Positions 49,915 through 61,420 are shown, counted from the whole stretch's first letter. The stretch is DNA of 63,010 bases, filler included, from 6 parts of 6 records of this genome joined end to end with filler, not necessarily neighbours in it, one strand, 5' to 3'. Numbers and translations: made by a program. Notes: generated by a model not told the origin, from the letters alone.

Positions 49915-52224
49915 ATGGAGCCAAGATCTCTCCAGCTACTTGAATTTCCGAAAGTGCTTAATGTCCTTTCCGGCCATTGTGTTTCCGCGTCCGGTGCAGA
50001 GGCCTGTCTTGCCCTGTCTCCCATGGATGATGCCGGTTTCATTAATTCCACAGCCCAATTTTTCAGACAGGGTCAGAATTTCGTAAAAGAAACGGGATTT
50101 CGGCTCGGTACATTTCCTCCGCTGGAAGGACTTTTTCAGTATCTGGTCAAGCCAAACAATGTGCTTGATGCTGATGCCCTTTATGCGCTGGTCCAGACCC
50201 TTGGTCAGGCTCGTACTCTGAAAGAGGTTCTTGAGATTGCTGAGAAGCGTGAATGGGACACTATTCTCGAATTCCTTGAAGGTGTTAGCTGGCCCGAAAA
50301 AACTTTTTCCGGTCTCAAGCGTTGCCTTGATCAGGACGGCAACATCAAGGATGAAAGTTCACCCGAACTTTACGATATCCGCCAGTCTATTCGCTCCCTG
50401 CACCAGCGTTGCTCCAAGAAAGTGCGTGATTTCATCCACGGTGAAGATATTTCCCGTTTTCTGCAGGATGATTTCATGACCATTACCAATGATCGTTACG
50501 TCTTGCCGTTGAAAACAAATTTTAAGGGCCGTCTGCAGGGGATCGTTCACGATTATTCTAACACCGGTGAGACTTGCTATTTCGAGCCCATGTTCCTTGT
50601 TGATCTCAACAACACCATGCAGGAACTAAAGCAGCAGGAAAGGACTGAAGAACTCAAAATCCTGACCTACCTGACCGGACTGGTTCGTTCCGAATACGAT
50701 CAGTGCGAGGCTGCTTACGGTTTTCTGGTTGAATTCGATGTGCTTCAGGCTAAGATAAATTTTGCTGAAGCCGTAAAAGGTGTGGCTGTAGATGTGCAGT
50801 CCGGTGCAGGCTTCGATCTTCGTGGTGCGCGTCACCCCCTGCTTGCCTCTGCCGAGGGCGGGGTGAACCCGCTCAATATCGAGCTGCCCACTGAGCAGAA
50901 AGTTCTTATTATCAGTGGTGGTAACGCCGGTGGTAAGACTGTGTGTCTGAAGACTGTCGGTTTGCTTTCTGCCATGGCTTTCAGCGGTATTCCGGTTCCG
51001 GTTGAGAAAGGGTCCGTGCTGCCGCTGTTTAAGGAAATTTTTGTCATCATGGGGGATGAGCAATCCCTTGAGGAGAATGTAAGTACCTTTTCTGCTCAGA
51101 TTCAGTCTATCAGCCGTATTTGGGATTCCATGGATTCCTCGACCCTGTTCATTCTTGATGAATTTGGTTCAGGTACTGATCCGGCGCAGGGCGCGGCTCT
51201 TGCTCAGGCTGTAGTGGACGGCTTGCTTGATAACGGCGTGACCTGTTTTGCAGCGACTCACTTTCCGGCACTTAAGACTTATGCTCTTGTGACCGAAGGG
51301 GTACGTGCGGCCAGCGTGCTTTTTGATCCTTCCACTAAAAAGCCTCTTTTCTCCATTGCTTATGATCAGGTTGGGGCCTCCATTGCCTTGGACGTTGCGA
51401 GAGAGCACGGTTTTCCTGAATCGTTACTTGTCAAGGCTGAGCAGTATTTGCTCATGGAAGGTTCTGATTCCGGTTCAGTTATGAACAGGCTCAATGAACT
51501 TGCGGTAAGCCGTGAGAAAGAGCTTGAAGAAGTGGACCGTATCAAAGTGAAATTGGAAGCTAAGCGTGCCAAACTGGAAGAAAAATTTGAGCGTGAACGT
51601 CTTACTGTGCTTGCCGATGTTAAAAAGCAGGCCCAGAATGTGCTCAAAGAATGGCAGGATGGCAAGATTGGACGTAAGCAGGCTCTGAAAAAACTTTCTG
51701 AGGCCCGGTCCAACATTGGCGGCGATGAAAAGCCTAAGGCTGATGTGAAGCCTTTTTCCTTTGATGATATCAAGGTAGGCAAGCCAATTCTGAATATCAG
51801 CTGGAACCGCAAGGGTGTGGTCATTGAAAAAGATGAGCGCAAGAAGCGAGTTAAGGTTGATATGGACGGCGTAGCCATGTGGATTCCCGCTGACCAGCTC
51901 GGTCCTGTTGGCAAAAAAGCTGTACAGGAAAAGGTTCGGCAGGTCGCAGATAAAGCTGATAAGAAAGCGCCTAAGGGTGAAATGACACTCAAGATCGACC
52001 TGCGCGGGAAGCGGGCTGATGTGGCTATTAGCGAGCTTGCACGTTTCTTTGATCAGGCTCTTCTACGCGGGGCGACTGAACTTGAGATTGTTCATGGTCG
52101 CGGAACCGGGGCTTTGCGTCGCGAAGTGCATATTTTTCTGGACGGTAATCCGGCTGTTGCCGGATACAGCCTTGCTCCCGAAGATCGGGGCGGGGATGGT
52201 ATGACCGAGGTTGAATTAGTATAG
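49915..52224 (+). CDS. mutS2: MutS2 (ATPase + KOW + Smr)
   Basis: SGGNAGGKT, DEQSLE..STFS, LDEFGSGTDP, ATH; Smr motifs IDLRG..IVHGRGTGALR. Confidence 0.95.
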   Translation: MEPRSLQLLEFPKVLNVLSGHCVSASGAEACLALSPMDDAGFINSTAQFFRQGQNFVKETGFRLGTFPPLEGLFQYLVKPNNVLDADALYALVQTLGQARTLKEVLEIAEKREWDTILEFLEGVSWPEKTFSGLKRCLDQDGNIKDESSPELYDIRQSIRSLHQRCSKKVRDFIHGEDISRFLQDDFMTITNDRYVLPLKTNFKGRLQGIVHDYSNTGETCYFEPMFLVDLNNTMQELKQQERTEELKILTYLTGLVRSEYDQCEAAYGFLVEFDVLQAKINFAEAVKGVAVDVQSGAGFDLRGARHPLLASAEGGVNPLNIELPTEQKVLIISGGNAGGKTVCLKTVGLLSAMAFSGIPVPVEKGSVLPLFKEIFVIMGDEQSLEENVSTFSAQIQSISRIWDSMDSSTLFILDEFGSGTDPAQGAALAQAVVDGLLDNGVTCFAATHFPALKTYALVTEGVRAASVLFDPSTKKPLFSIAYDQVGASIALDVAREHGFPESLLVKAEQYLLMEGSDSGSVMNRLNELAVSREKELEEVDRIKVKLEAKRAKLEEKFERERLTVLADVKKQAQNVLKEWQDGKIGRKQALKKLSEARSNIGGDEKPKADVKPFSFDDIKVGKPILNISWNRKGVVIEKDERKKRVKVDMDGVAMWIPADQLGPVGKKAVQEKVRQVADKADKKAPKGEMTLKIDLRGKRADVAISELARFFDQALLRGATELEIVHGRGTGALRREVHIFLDGNPAVAGYSLAPEDRGGDGMTEVELV

Positions 52225-52323
52225 TGCAAATTATTGCAGGTCGTGCTATGGATGTCCAAGCTGCAATGATTGTTCATTATTTCAACTGCTTCGAATTGTT
52301 TCGATGTTGTTACGGAGGATTCT

Positions 52324-54063
52324 TTGGATAGAGCTGCCATAGAGGCCATCAAAGAACGCCTTGACATAGTCGATATCGTACGCAGGTATGTGGAACTGAA
52401 GCCTGTGTCCGGTCGTTGGATGGGACTTTGTCCTTTTCATAATGAAAAGACAGCTTCTTTCAGCGTTAACGGCGAAGAAGGTTTTTTCTATTGCTTCGGT
52501 TGTCAGGCTTCCGGAGATATTTTTGACTTTTACTCTCATATAAACGGGGTGGAATTCAAGGATGCTTTGGAGCAGCTTGCAGCGGAAGCCGGGGTGGAGC
52601 TTACTCCGGGCAAGGTGGACCCGCAGGCAGCGAAAAGAAGTTCTGAACGCAAAGTTTTCATGGATATGCATGAGCAGGCGGCAAAGTATTTCAGCCGTAT
52701 GCTCATGCTTCCTGAAGGGCGTGAAGCCCGAAAATATATCGAAGGCAGGGGCATGGATGCTTCTGTTGTCGAATCTTTCGGTCTGGGATGCAGTACCGAG
52801 GACTGGCAGGGATTGGAAAAGTTCTTGATTTCTAAAGGTTATACAGCCGAACAGGGAGTCAAGTCCGGGTTGCTTTCTCAGAATGCCAAGGGCCGCACTT
52901 ACGACCGTTTTCGTGCAAGGCTGATCTTTCCCATCACAAATTTGTCGGGAAGGGTTATTGCTTTTGGCGGAAGAATAATTACAGATGGAGAACCGAAGTA
53001 TTTAAACAGTAGTGATACTCCTATCTACAAGAAGGGAGAGCACCTGTATGGCCTCTCAACGGCCCGGAACTCCATAGCCCGAACCAAGCGGGCCCTGCTG
53101 ACCGAAGGGTACATGGATGTAATTTCCCTGCACCAGTTCGGATATACAAATTCATGCGGGGTGTTGGGGACGGCACTGACCCCGGATCAGGTCAAACGCC
53201 TTTCCGGGTTCTGTTCTAAAATTGATCTCGTGTTTGACGGGGATGCTGCCGGGTTGAAAGCGGCCCTGCGCAGTACGGAAATGATTCTTACGCAGGGGGT
53301 TTCCTGCGGTGTAGTTGTCCTTCCCGATGGGGAGGACGTGGATAGCATCCTTCAGGCCCGTGGGGCGGAAGGATTTCAAATGTTTCTGGATAAGGCTCGT
53401 GACGGCCTGGAATTCAGTTTGGAAACATTGCAGAAGGGGTCTTCACCCCGTGAAGTTATGGATTGGGCGCAGGGATTCCTGAAGAGGATGACTAGTGCGT
53501 CTTTGCGTGCGTTTTATCTGCCTAAGGTCGCAAGCGGCCTTGGAGTGGCTGAAGTGGAATTAAGGTCGGTTTTTTCCGGTGCTCTCAATGCCCCGGTATC
53601 GCAGCAGCAGAACGCAGTTCAGAGGGAACAACCCCGCGTTGCGACTCCGGTGGGTGCACAGGTTAAAGATGATAAATATTTCTTGAGGTATGCGGTAAAA
53701 CATCCGGATTATGTCGTCGAATTATCGGAAAGGGGAGTAGCTCAGGTCCTGACCTCGCACTGGGGCAAAACACTGTGGTCTAAAATAGCGGCTCACAGCG
53801 GGCAGGACATCATCCCGTTACTCGATGATTCTGAAAAAAGATTCTATGCCGGTTGCCGGATGGAGGAAGCTCTCTCCGGTGATGATCTGGAAGATGAATG
53901 GCGACATGTCTGTAAGGTAATTGCCCGGCGGCGGTACGATATGGGCCGAAAAAAGCTCACCGATGCTTTGCGCCGTGCTCAGGCTCAAGGCGATACCGAA
54001 CGCGTAAGCGCGTACCTCAAAGTCCTGAACGACTCTGTATGGAGGGATGATGAGCAACATTAA
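52324..54063 (+). CDS. dnaG: DNA primase
   Basis: CPFH/CFGC Zn finger, FGGR, PKYLNS, EGYMD, FDGD; likely TTG start at 52324 after SD GGAGGA. Confidence 0.96.
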   Translation: MDRAAIEAIKERLDIVDIVRRYVELKPVSGRWMGLCPFHNEKTASFSVNGEEGFFYCFGCQASGDIFDFYSHINGVEFKDALEQLAAEAGVELTPGKVDPQAAKRSSERKVFMDMHEQAAKYFSRMLMLPEGREARKYIEGRGMDASVVESFGLGCSTEDWQGLEKFLISKGYTAEQGVKSGLLSQNAKGRTYDRFRARLIFPITNLSGRVIAFGGRIITDGEPKYLNSSDTPIYKKGEHLYGLSTARNSIARTKRALLTEGYMDVISLHQFGYTNSCGVLGTALTPDQVKRLSGFCSKIDLVFDGDAAGLKAALRSTEMILTQGVSCGVVVLPDGEDVDSILQARGAEGFQMFLDKARDGLEFSLETLQKGSSPREVMDWAQGFLKRMTSASLRAFYLPKVASGLGVAEVELRSVFSGALNAPVSQQQNAVQREQPRVATPVGAQVKDDKYFLRYAVKHPDYVVELSERGVAQVLTSHWGKTLWSKIAAHSGQDIIPLLDDSEKRFYAGCRMEEALSGDDLEDEWRHVCKVIARRRYDMGRKKLTDALRRAQAQGDTERVSAYLKVLNDSVWRDDEQH

Positions 54064-55171
54064 GGATATTCAGGCGATTAAAACTCTGATTTCCGAGGGT
54101 AAGAAACAGGGGTTTCTGACCTTTGAACAGCTGGGTAAGGCTTTGCCTGCCGAGTTCAACAAGGCTGATCAGCTTGATGATGTCATCAAGATTTTCGACC
54201 AGTTGAATATTGCGATCGTCAACACACCCGAAGACGGTAAAAAAATTATGGACGCGGGTGTTGATAGTGATAACGAAATCGATCTCACTGAAAGTGAAGA
54301 GGAAAGCGTAGATTACGTTTCCCGTTCTACTGACCCTGTACGCATGTATCTGCGTGAAATGGGTGCAGTAGGCCTTCTCGACCGTGAGGGCGAGGTTGTC
54401 ATCGCCAAGAAAATTGAAAACGGCGAGATGGATGTTCTCTATGCACTGGTTGAGATTCCGGTTGCAATTGAAGAGCTCATCAGCGTCGGTGAGGATCTTG
54501 ACGAATCACGCATCAAGCTGAAGGACGTCGTTAAAACCATTGAGGAAGACGACCCCAGCGAAGATGAGATGAACCAGCGCCAGCGAGTTATTTTTCTGCT
54601 GGATGAAGTCAAGAAGCTTTATGAAAAGAAGAGGAAACTCTACGATAACCTCGATTATTGTGCCCGTCTTGATAAGAAGGTTGCCAAAGAACAGAACGAG
54701 GTTGTTAAATATAAGCAGGAAATCGTTGAAAGACTGCGTGATATTAAGATCGAGAAGACTCTTATCGATCAGATCATTGAAACAGTAGGCGATTACGTAA
54801 GGCAGATGCATAACTGCCAGCGCGACCTTTCCGCCTACATCCTCTCCACCGGGAAAACCCAGCAGGAGATCAAAGATCTTTTCAAGCAGATCGATGAACG
54901 CGAAATCAACCCGGTTGCTGCATCCGATGAACTCGGACTGACTGTGGATGAGCTTTTTTCCTTTAAGGAAATGATTTCTGGAAAGATGGAAATTCTTGTC
55001 CGTTTGCAGGCAAAATGTTGCCACAATGTGCATGACCTTGAAGAAGTTCTCTGGCGCATCAAGCATGGTAACAGAAGTGCAATGCGGGCCAAGCAGGAGC
55101 TTATTCGTGCTAACCTGCGTCTCGTTGTTTCCATTGCCAAGAAATACACCAACCGCGGCCTGCAGTTCCTC
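54050..55171 (+). CDS. rpoD: RNA polymerase primary sigma factor (3' truncated)
   Basis: TDPVRMYLREMG and ANLRLVVSIAKKYTNRGLQFL. Confidence 0.97.
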
Positions 55172-55271
55172 NNNNNNNNNNNNNNNNNNNNNNNNNNNNN
55201 NNNNNNNNNNNNNNNTTAATTAATTAANNNNNNNNNNNNNNNNNNNNNNNNNNNNNNNNNNNNNNNNNNNN
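55172..55271. other. Artificial contig spacer
   Basis: 44 N + TTAATTAATTAA + 44 N. Confidence 0.99.
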
Positions 55272-56532
55272 ATGATTCCATGTCGGGTTCAATTAAGGCA
55301 AAAATTACTGTGCTGATTGCAAAAATTACAAAGTAGATTATAAAAAAAGCAAGTACGTTGGTAACAATCTTTGAATCGACAGAATGTTTGTTAAAACGAA
55401 CAGGAATAATGGCTTTAGGATGGATCAAACGTTTTAATTCGTAGTAGCCGTTTTTTAAAAGCACCACAATTCGCATAATTTTTATTCCTCCCCCGGTTGA
55501 TCCTGCAGAACCTCCGAAAAAGAATAACAAAAATATGATCATGGTTAGCACCGGTGCCCAGTTTAAATAATCGGCAGTGGCGTATCCTGTTGTGGTTATT
55601 ATGGTTAAAACCTGAAAGAGTGAATCGCGGAATGCCTGCTCAACTCCTAACTGAGTTGTAACAAGCAAACCAATAAAGATTAAAGCTGTAAAACCAAGGG
55701 TAAATAAGCTGTAATATTTAAACTCTTCATCTTTATAAGCAGCTGAGAACTTCCCTTTTATGGCAAAATACGAAAGGGTAAAATTGGTTCCTGCAAGAAA
55801 CATAAAAACGATAATGACATAGTGAATAAAAGGATTATCCCATGCTGCAATACTTGCTTGTTTTGTAGAGAATCCCCCAGTAGCCATTGTCGTAAATGAA
55901 TGACAAATGGCATCGAAAAATGTCATTCCTCCGCCCCACAAAAGCAGGGTTTCAATTAGCGTAAAAGCGATATAAATTCGCCATAAAGTTTTTGCCGTTT
56001 GTTTAATCCGCGGACTAATCTTGTCGGGGGTTGGTCCCGGAACTTCGGCCATAAAAAGCTGCATCCCTCCAATCCCAAAAACCGGTAATATTGCCAACGA
56101 TAATACAATAATTCCCATGCCACCAAGCCATTGCGTTATGCTTCTCCAAAACAGGATACCATGTGGTAAAGCCTCAATATCGTTTAAAATTGAAGAACCG
56201 GTAGTGGTAAATCCGGAAATGGTTTCGAAGAATGCATTGGTAAAGTTGGGTATCGATCCGCTAATAATATAGGGTAGACTGCCAAAAAACGAGAATACGA
56301 TCCAAACCATAGAAACAATAATAAATCCTTCTCGTTTCCCAATATCCTTTTTGACTTCCCGTGTTGTTGAAACAATGGTACCTCCAATGGCAAGATTTAT
56401 ACCGGCCGATGTTAAAAAAGCAATGCTGTCGTGTTCGCCATAAATTAGAGCTACCAGCAATGCAATGCACATGGCAATTCCTTCAACAACCAATAAAAAA
56501 CCTAAAACCCGTATAATTATTTTGAGATTCAT
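55272..56532 (-). CDS. trkH: Trk potassium uptake membrane subunit (3' truncated)
   Basis: SGFTTTGS, QWLGGMG, MATGGFS, TTTGY, GGSAGSTGGGIK. Confidence 0.96.
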
Positions 56533-56548
56533 GTCTGGTAATTTAATC

Positions 56549-57883
56549 CTATTTAAAGAATCTTTCCAGTTTTTTTATTCCTGAAGGAAGTGTAAATACA
56601 ACAACCTTGTCGCCTTCCTTAATTTGAGTATAACCATGAGCGATATACCCCATACTGCCCCGGATTATTCCACCGATTTTAGCTTCTGGAGGAAAGTCAA
56701 GATCCTTCACTGGTTTTTGTGTTATTCTTGCTCCTGGTTTGGCAATAAACTCAAAAACTTCAGCATCAGAAGCGGTTAAACATTTAACTTTCGATATCTC
56801 GGCGTTTAATGTAAATCGGTATATGTACCCTGCGGCAATAAGTTTTTTATTAAATATGCTTCCAATATTCATGTTGTCTGCCAGGCTCATGTAAGCCAGG
56901 TTCTCAACTTCGGCAACAGTACGGCGCACACCAAAAGATTTTGCCAGATGACAACCAAGTACATTGGTTTCAGAATTTCCGGTAGTTGCCACAAAAGCAT
57001 CCATCTTTTCAATACCTTCTTCGCGCAGAAGATCCAGGTTACGACCATCGCCATTAATCACAAGAACATTTTCGAATCGATCTGCAATTCTCTCGCATCT
57101 TTCGCGGTTGCTCTCAATTATTTTGATACGATAGTTATCTCCAAGTTTTTCAACGGCCTTTTGAGCAATTCTGCTTCCACCCAGGAACATAATATTTTTA
57201 ACTTCAAATAGCTTTTTCCCGGTGAGCTCATAAACATTTTGCTGTTCAGATGGGGTAGTGACAAAAAACACTACGTCGCCGTTTTTGATAAAATCAGTTC
57301 CGCTTGGGATGATTGTTTCGTTATCGCGGTTTATGGCAACCACCAGTAAATGTTGGTTTTCCTGCGATAACTCTTCAAATGTTTTATTCAAAACAGGTGC
57401 ATTTTCACGAACCTTAATGCCCATCATCAGTAATTTCCCATTGGAGAATTCTATTAACTGACGAGTTGCGGTTTGTTTTACCGATGCAATAATCTCTTTA
57501 GCAGCAAGGCTCTCGGGATAAATAAGTTCGTTTATGCCTAAGTTGTTAAGTTTTGCCCGGTATCTTTCCTGAAGGTATTCAGAGTTGTTAATTCGTGCAA
57601 TTGTGCGTTCCACCCCAAGGTAAGAAGCCATCGAACAAGCCAACACATTTCTTTCTTCAAACGGGGTTACCGCAATAAATAAATCGGATTTACCTAATTC
57701 AGTATTTTTTAAATCGTCAAACGAGTGAGCCGACCCTGCAATTGTCATTAAATCAACCTCGCTACTAATTTTTGATAGCTTTTCAGGAGAATCATCCAAC
57801 AAGGTGATATCGTGATTTTCGTTGGCAAGCATTCGCGCTAAATGTGTTCCAACTTCACCGGCACCGGCAATAACAACTTTCAT
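56549..57883 (-). CDS. trkA: Trk potassium uptake gating subunit
   Basis: IAGAGEVG and two RCK N/C domain pairs. Confidence 0.96.
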   Translation of the reverse strand: MKVVIAGAGEVGTHLARMLANENHDITLLDDSPEKLSKISSEVDLMTIAGSAHSFDDLKNTELGKSDLFIAVTPFEERNVLACSMASYLGVERTIARINNSEYLQERYRAKLNNLGINELIYPESLAAKEIIASVKQTATRQLIEFSNGKLLMMGIKVRENAPVLNKTFEELSQENQHLLVVAINRDNETIIPSGTDFIKNGDVVFFVTTPSEQQNVYELTGKKLFEVKNIMFLGGSRIAQKAVEKLGDNYRIKIIESNRERCERIADRFENVLVINGDGRNLDLLREEGIEKMDAFVATTGNSETNVLGCHLAKSFGVRRTVAEVENLAYMSLADNMNIGSIFNKKLIAAGYIYRFTLNAEISKVKCLTASDAEVFEFIAKPGARITQKPVKDLDFPPEAKIGGIIRGSMGYIAHGYTQIKEGDKVVVFTLPSGIKKLERFFK

Positions 57884-58026
57884 CTGTCTGTTTTATTTAA
57901 TGAGGCAAAATAATGCATTCTGTTCTGAACTGCCATTGAAAATCTTTTTTTAATGTAGGGTAGCAACACTAAATTAACATTCTATAACGATAAATATCAT
58001 GGGAAAAGCGGCATTTTTTATCCCAT

Positions 58027-60084
58027 TTAATTTGTGTTTTTTATTGGGCTGGAGCTTGTAAATAGATTGAAGTACAGGGTGTTGGTATACCACTTAAGAT
58101 GGAGGGCTCCGTGTTGCGAGAGAAGGTGAATATTGTCTGGTAGTTTTATGTGGTTGTTAGAACTGAACTTAATTCCAATAGAATTTTCAAGGTTATTAAT
58201 GTCCTTATCACTGTTTAGGAAGACAATATCCGGTCGGAATATATTCTTTTTTGAAGGCGCTTTTAAGGCTATTCTTTTTCCTTCAAAAAGAATTAACCCA
58301 TTTTTAATGTGCAAAAAATCATCACTAAAATCTTGGATAGTAGTTAGGTAGATAGTGGAAGACCTGCGCTCAATTTGCTGAATTTTGTTGATCGAATTAG
58401 AAATGTAACTATCAGTTGCGATTTCCTTTTCGCTAATTACATAGGCATTCCTGCCGGCTGCTAAATAGAGGATTGGTTCCTTGTTGTTTAAAACAATTAT
58501 TTCCCTTCCTGATAATTGTTTTAGGTTAAAGGATAGCATCAGTAATAAGAACAGAAACAGTGATCCGCAGCAGATAATCAAACTTTTGGCTCGTTTTCCC
58601 TGTACAAAAAATAAAAACGATATAAAGAATATTAGGAATATTGCAAAATCGGTTGGATGAAACGAAATTGTAAAGGTAGAATGGGGAAGGTCTTGTATGA
58701 ATTTTAAACTGGAGTAAACAATGGTTATGATCCACTTAATATTAAATGCTATTAATTTGCCAATAAGCGGAATCTGGGCAAAAAGCAGGAGCCCCATTCC
58801 CAATGGAATTAAAATAATAGCGGCCGGAATAACAATAAAATTGCTAAATAGAAAATAGGTGGGAAACTGGTTAAAATAAAAGGCGCTTAATGGAAAGGTG
58901 GCAATTTGCGCTGCAATGGATACGGTACATAAGTCCCAACCAAATTTAAGTATCTTGTTTTTTACAGGCCATATGCTGGCCATTCGGGGTTGTAGAAAAA
59001 CAATTCCGAAAACGGCAGAATATGAAAGTTGAAATCCTACCTCAAACAGGTTATTGGGAGAAAGTAGTAATAAGAATAAAGCTGACGCAGCCAATGAATT
59101 ATAAATGTTGGCTCGTCGGTTTAGGTTTGTAGCGATAATAACCAGAGAGAACATGGTTGAGGCTCTTAATACCGAAGGAGATAGTCCGGTTATAACAGCA
59201 TAGAGCCAAAGCAGGGAAATTGAAAGGAGTACGAATATAATTTTACCTCCTTTCCTTTTTCGTAAGAATCCAAAAAAGAATGTGAAAATCAGGTAAACGA
59301 TTCCAACATGCAATCCAGAAACGGCTAGTACATGCATTGCTCCGGCATTTGAAAAAACCGTTTTTGTATCTCTTTCAAGATTGCTTTTATAACCAAGTGT
59401 CAGGGCAGAAAGAATTTCTGTTTGTTTCATCCCCAGCTTCTGGGATTGATAAATGTTAAGTAGTTTATTCCGAATTAATTCAGCATGTATTAGAACCGAC
59501 TTGTTTTTTGAATTTAAAACTTTCCAGTTTTCTTTTCTCAGGTAGGCCTGTCGATAGATCAGTTTTCGTTGGAGATATTTCTTGTAATTAAATTCATAAG
59601 GATTGCCATTGTTTTTAATAAAACCAGGTGTGGATTTTATAATTAGCTGATCACCTGGTTGCAGTTTTACAACCGAATCTGCTTTTTCAAAATAAAGAAT
59701 GATTTTTTCGTTGGTGCTAATCCAATTGCTTTCTTTTTTTACAGAATGAATCTTTGCTAAAGCTTTATAAGAGTTGGTCTTTACCTGGGGAGATTCTGTT
59801 AACGTAACTATAAGAACACGGGTTTTATGGAATTCAGGAGGGTAATTATGAATGGTGTAACTGCTAATTCCAAGCGAAAAAAACAGAAGAAATACCAAAT
59901 ACCCGAACAAATTTGATAACCGGTAAGAATATCTTTGGTGAATTACAATCAGCAATAAAACTGCTGCTACGGAAATGGATACCGAAATATTGGAAGGAAT
60001 GGAAAAATGGGCACTAACAATTATGCCACACACAAAAGCAAGTATGATTCGTAAAAAGGGTATGTTTTTAAAAATATTCTCCAA
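58027..60084 (-). CDS. comEC: ComEC/Rec2 family competence protein
   Basis: NPYEFNY, HVLAVSGLHVG, PSVLRA, GFQLSY. Confidence 0.92.
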   Translation of the reverse strand: MENIFKNIPFLRIILAFVCGIIVSAHFSIPSNISVSISVAAVLLLIVIHQRYSYRLSNLFGYLVFLLFFSLGISSYTIHNYPPEFHKTRVLIVTLTESPQVKTNSYKALAKIHSVKKESNWISTNEKIILYFEKADSVVKLQPGDQLIIKSTPGFIKNNGNPYEFNYKKYLQRKLIYRQAYLRKENWKVLNSKNKSVLIHAELIRNKLLNIYQSQKLGMKQTEILSALTLGYKSNLERDTKTVFSNAGAMHVLAVSGLHVGIVYLIFTFFFGFLRKRKGGKIIFVLLSISLLWLYAVITGLSPSVLRASTMFSLVIIATNLNRRANIYNSLAASALFLLLLSPNNLFEVGFQLSYSAVFGIVFLQPRMASIWPVKNKILKFGWDLCTVSIAAQIATFPLSAFYFNQFPTYFLFSNFIVIPAAIILIPLGMGLLLFAQIPLIGKLIAFNIKWIITIVYSSLKFIQDLPHSTFTISFHPTDFAIFLIFFISFLFFVQGKRAKSLIICCGSLFLFLLLMLSFNLKQLSGREIIVLNNKEPILYLAAGRNAYVISEKEIATDSYISNSINKIQQIERRSSTIYLTTIQDFSDDFLHIKNGLILFEGKRIALKAPSKKNIFRPDIVFLNSDKDINNLENSIGIKFSSNNHIKLPDNIHLLSQHGALHLKWYTNTLYFNLFTSSSPIKNTN

Positions 60085-60138
60085 AGTTCTTAGCGTGAAG
60101 GATAGTCCTTCAAACGAAAATATGAAGAAAGGGTTACA

Positions 60139-60693
60139 TTATTTTGGCATTTTTATTCGGTAATGCGGACGAACTTTTCCCTTTGAAATCGCTAGTAGTT
60201 TCCCTTTTAATAATCTTTTACGAAGAGGAGATAAGTGATCCACAAACATTATTCCTTCTAAATGATCGTATTCATGTTGGATTACCCTTCCTGCAAATCC
60301 CTTAAATGTTTCTTTGTGTTCTTCAAAGTTTTCATCCAGGTATCGAAGTGTAACCTCATCGGGCCGGGTAACATCTTCTCTTATTTCAGGTAAGCTTAAA
60401 CAACCTTCATTCATTACCCACTCTTCACCTTTGGTTTCAATAATCTCCGGATTAATAAAAACCTTTTTAAAGTCTATTAATTCTGGTTCTTCATCAGCTC
60501 CGGATGAGGCATCGATTACAAACATCTGTATGGACAACCCTACCTGAGGAGCAGCCAATCCAACCCCATCGGAGTAATACATGGTTTCCCACATGTTCTC
60601 AATTACTTCGTTCAGGTTCGGATAATCTTTTTCAATTTTTTTGGCTTTTTTTCTTAAAACGGGGTCGCCATATACTGTAATCGGATATTTCAT
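60139..60693 (-). CDS. def: Peptide deformylase
   Basis: GVGLAAPQ, EGCLS, QHEYDHLEG. Confidence 0.97.
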   Translation of the reverse strand: MKYPITVYGDPVLRKKAKKIEKDYPNLNEVIENMWETMYYSDGVGLAAPQVGLSIQMFVIDASSGADEEPELIDFKKVFINPEIIETKGEEWVMNEGCLSLPEIREDVTRPDEVTLRYLDENFEEHKETFKGFAGRVIQHEYDHLEGIMFVDHLSPLRKRLLKGKLLAISKGKVRPHYRIKMPK

Positions 60694-60784
60694 GTGATTA
60701 AAAATATTTGCTTTTAGTGGTATTACATGGAAATCGCAAGTTTGTTCTTATTATTCAGTTTATGCGAGGTTTACCATGTCCCTC

Positions 60785-61210
60785 TTATCTTTTTAAATTC
60801 CTTTGCTGTTCTAGATAGTCTTGCAAAATAATGGTTGCACTAATGGCATCCACCATAGCTTTGTCTTGTCGTTTTTGTTTTTTCAGACCTCCGTCAATCA
60901 TACTTTGAAAGGCTATTTTTGAAGTGAAACGTTCATCGAAAAGTTCCAACTTCTTTTCAGGGTAAATTTTTTGAAATTTTTTCAAAAAAGGATTGATATA
61001 CCTAACAGACTCTGATGCCTGGTTGTTCATTTGTCTGGGGTAGCCAACAACAACAGTTTCAACCTCTTCTTTCGAAAAATAGTCTTTCAAAAAGTACCAA
61101 ATAGTATGAGTCGAAATCGTGGTTAGCCTGTTGGCAATAATTTGCCCCGGATCAGTTACTGCTAAACCAACTCGTTTTCTTCCATAATCAATTGCTAAAA
61201 TTCGGGCCAT
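60785..61210 (-). CDS. ruvX: YqgF/RuvX pre-16S rRNA nuclease
   Basis: LAIDYGRKRVGLA, VVGYP, DERFTS, VDAISA. Confidence 0.95.
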   Translation of the reverse strand: MARILAIDYGRKRVGLAVTDPGQIIANRLTTISTHTIWYFLKDYFSKEEVETVVVGYPRQMNNQASESVRYINPFLKKFQKIYPEKKLELFDERFTSKIAFQSMIDGGLKKQKRQDKAMVDAISATIILQDYLEQQRNLKR

Positions 61211-61230
61211 ATCTTCTAAAAAAATCGCAG

Positions 61231-61238
61231 CAAAAGTA
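61231..61238 (-). promoter_or_regulatory. Bacteroidota primary-sigma -7 element for ruvX-def
   Basis: TACTTTTG matches TAnnTTTG, 20 nt upstream of the ATG. Confidence 0.6.
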
Positions 61239-61322
61239 GAGAGAATTATGGAGAAAAAAAAGATGCTTTATGGTGTAAGAAATAATCGATGTAATCTGCA
61301 ATAGGTCAGATTGTTCTCGTTT

Positions 61323-61338
61323 TGGCACAAGCTTTGCA
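61323..61338 (+). promoter_or_regulatory. Sigma-54 (RpoN) -24/-12 promoter
   Basis: TGGCAC-AAGCT-TTGCA is an exact match to TGGCAC-N5-TTGCW. Confidence 0.85.
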
Positions 61339-61420
61339 TTAGTTATAAACAAATACCGGTTTTTATTTTGGCGCCAAAAGAGCAATGCAAACAAATTGTT
61401 GAATTTTAAAATCTATCATC

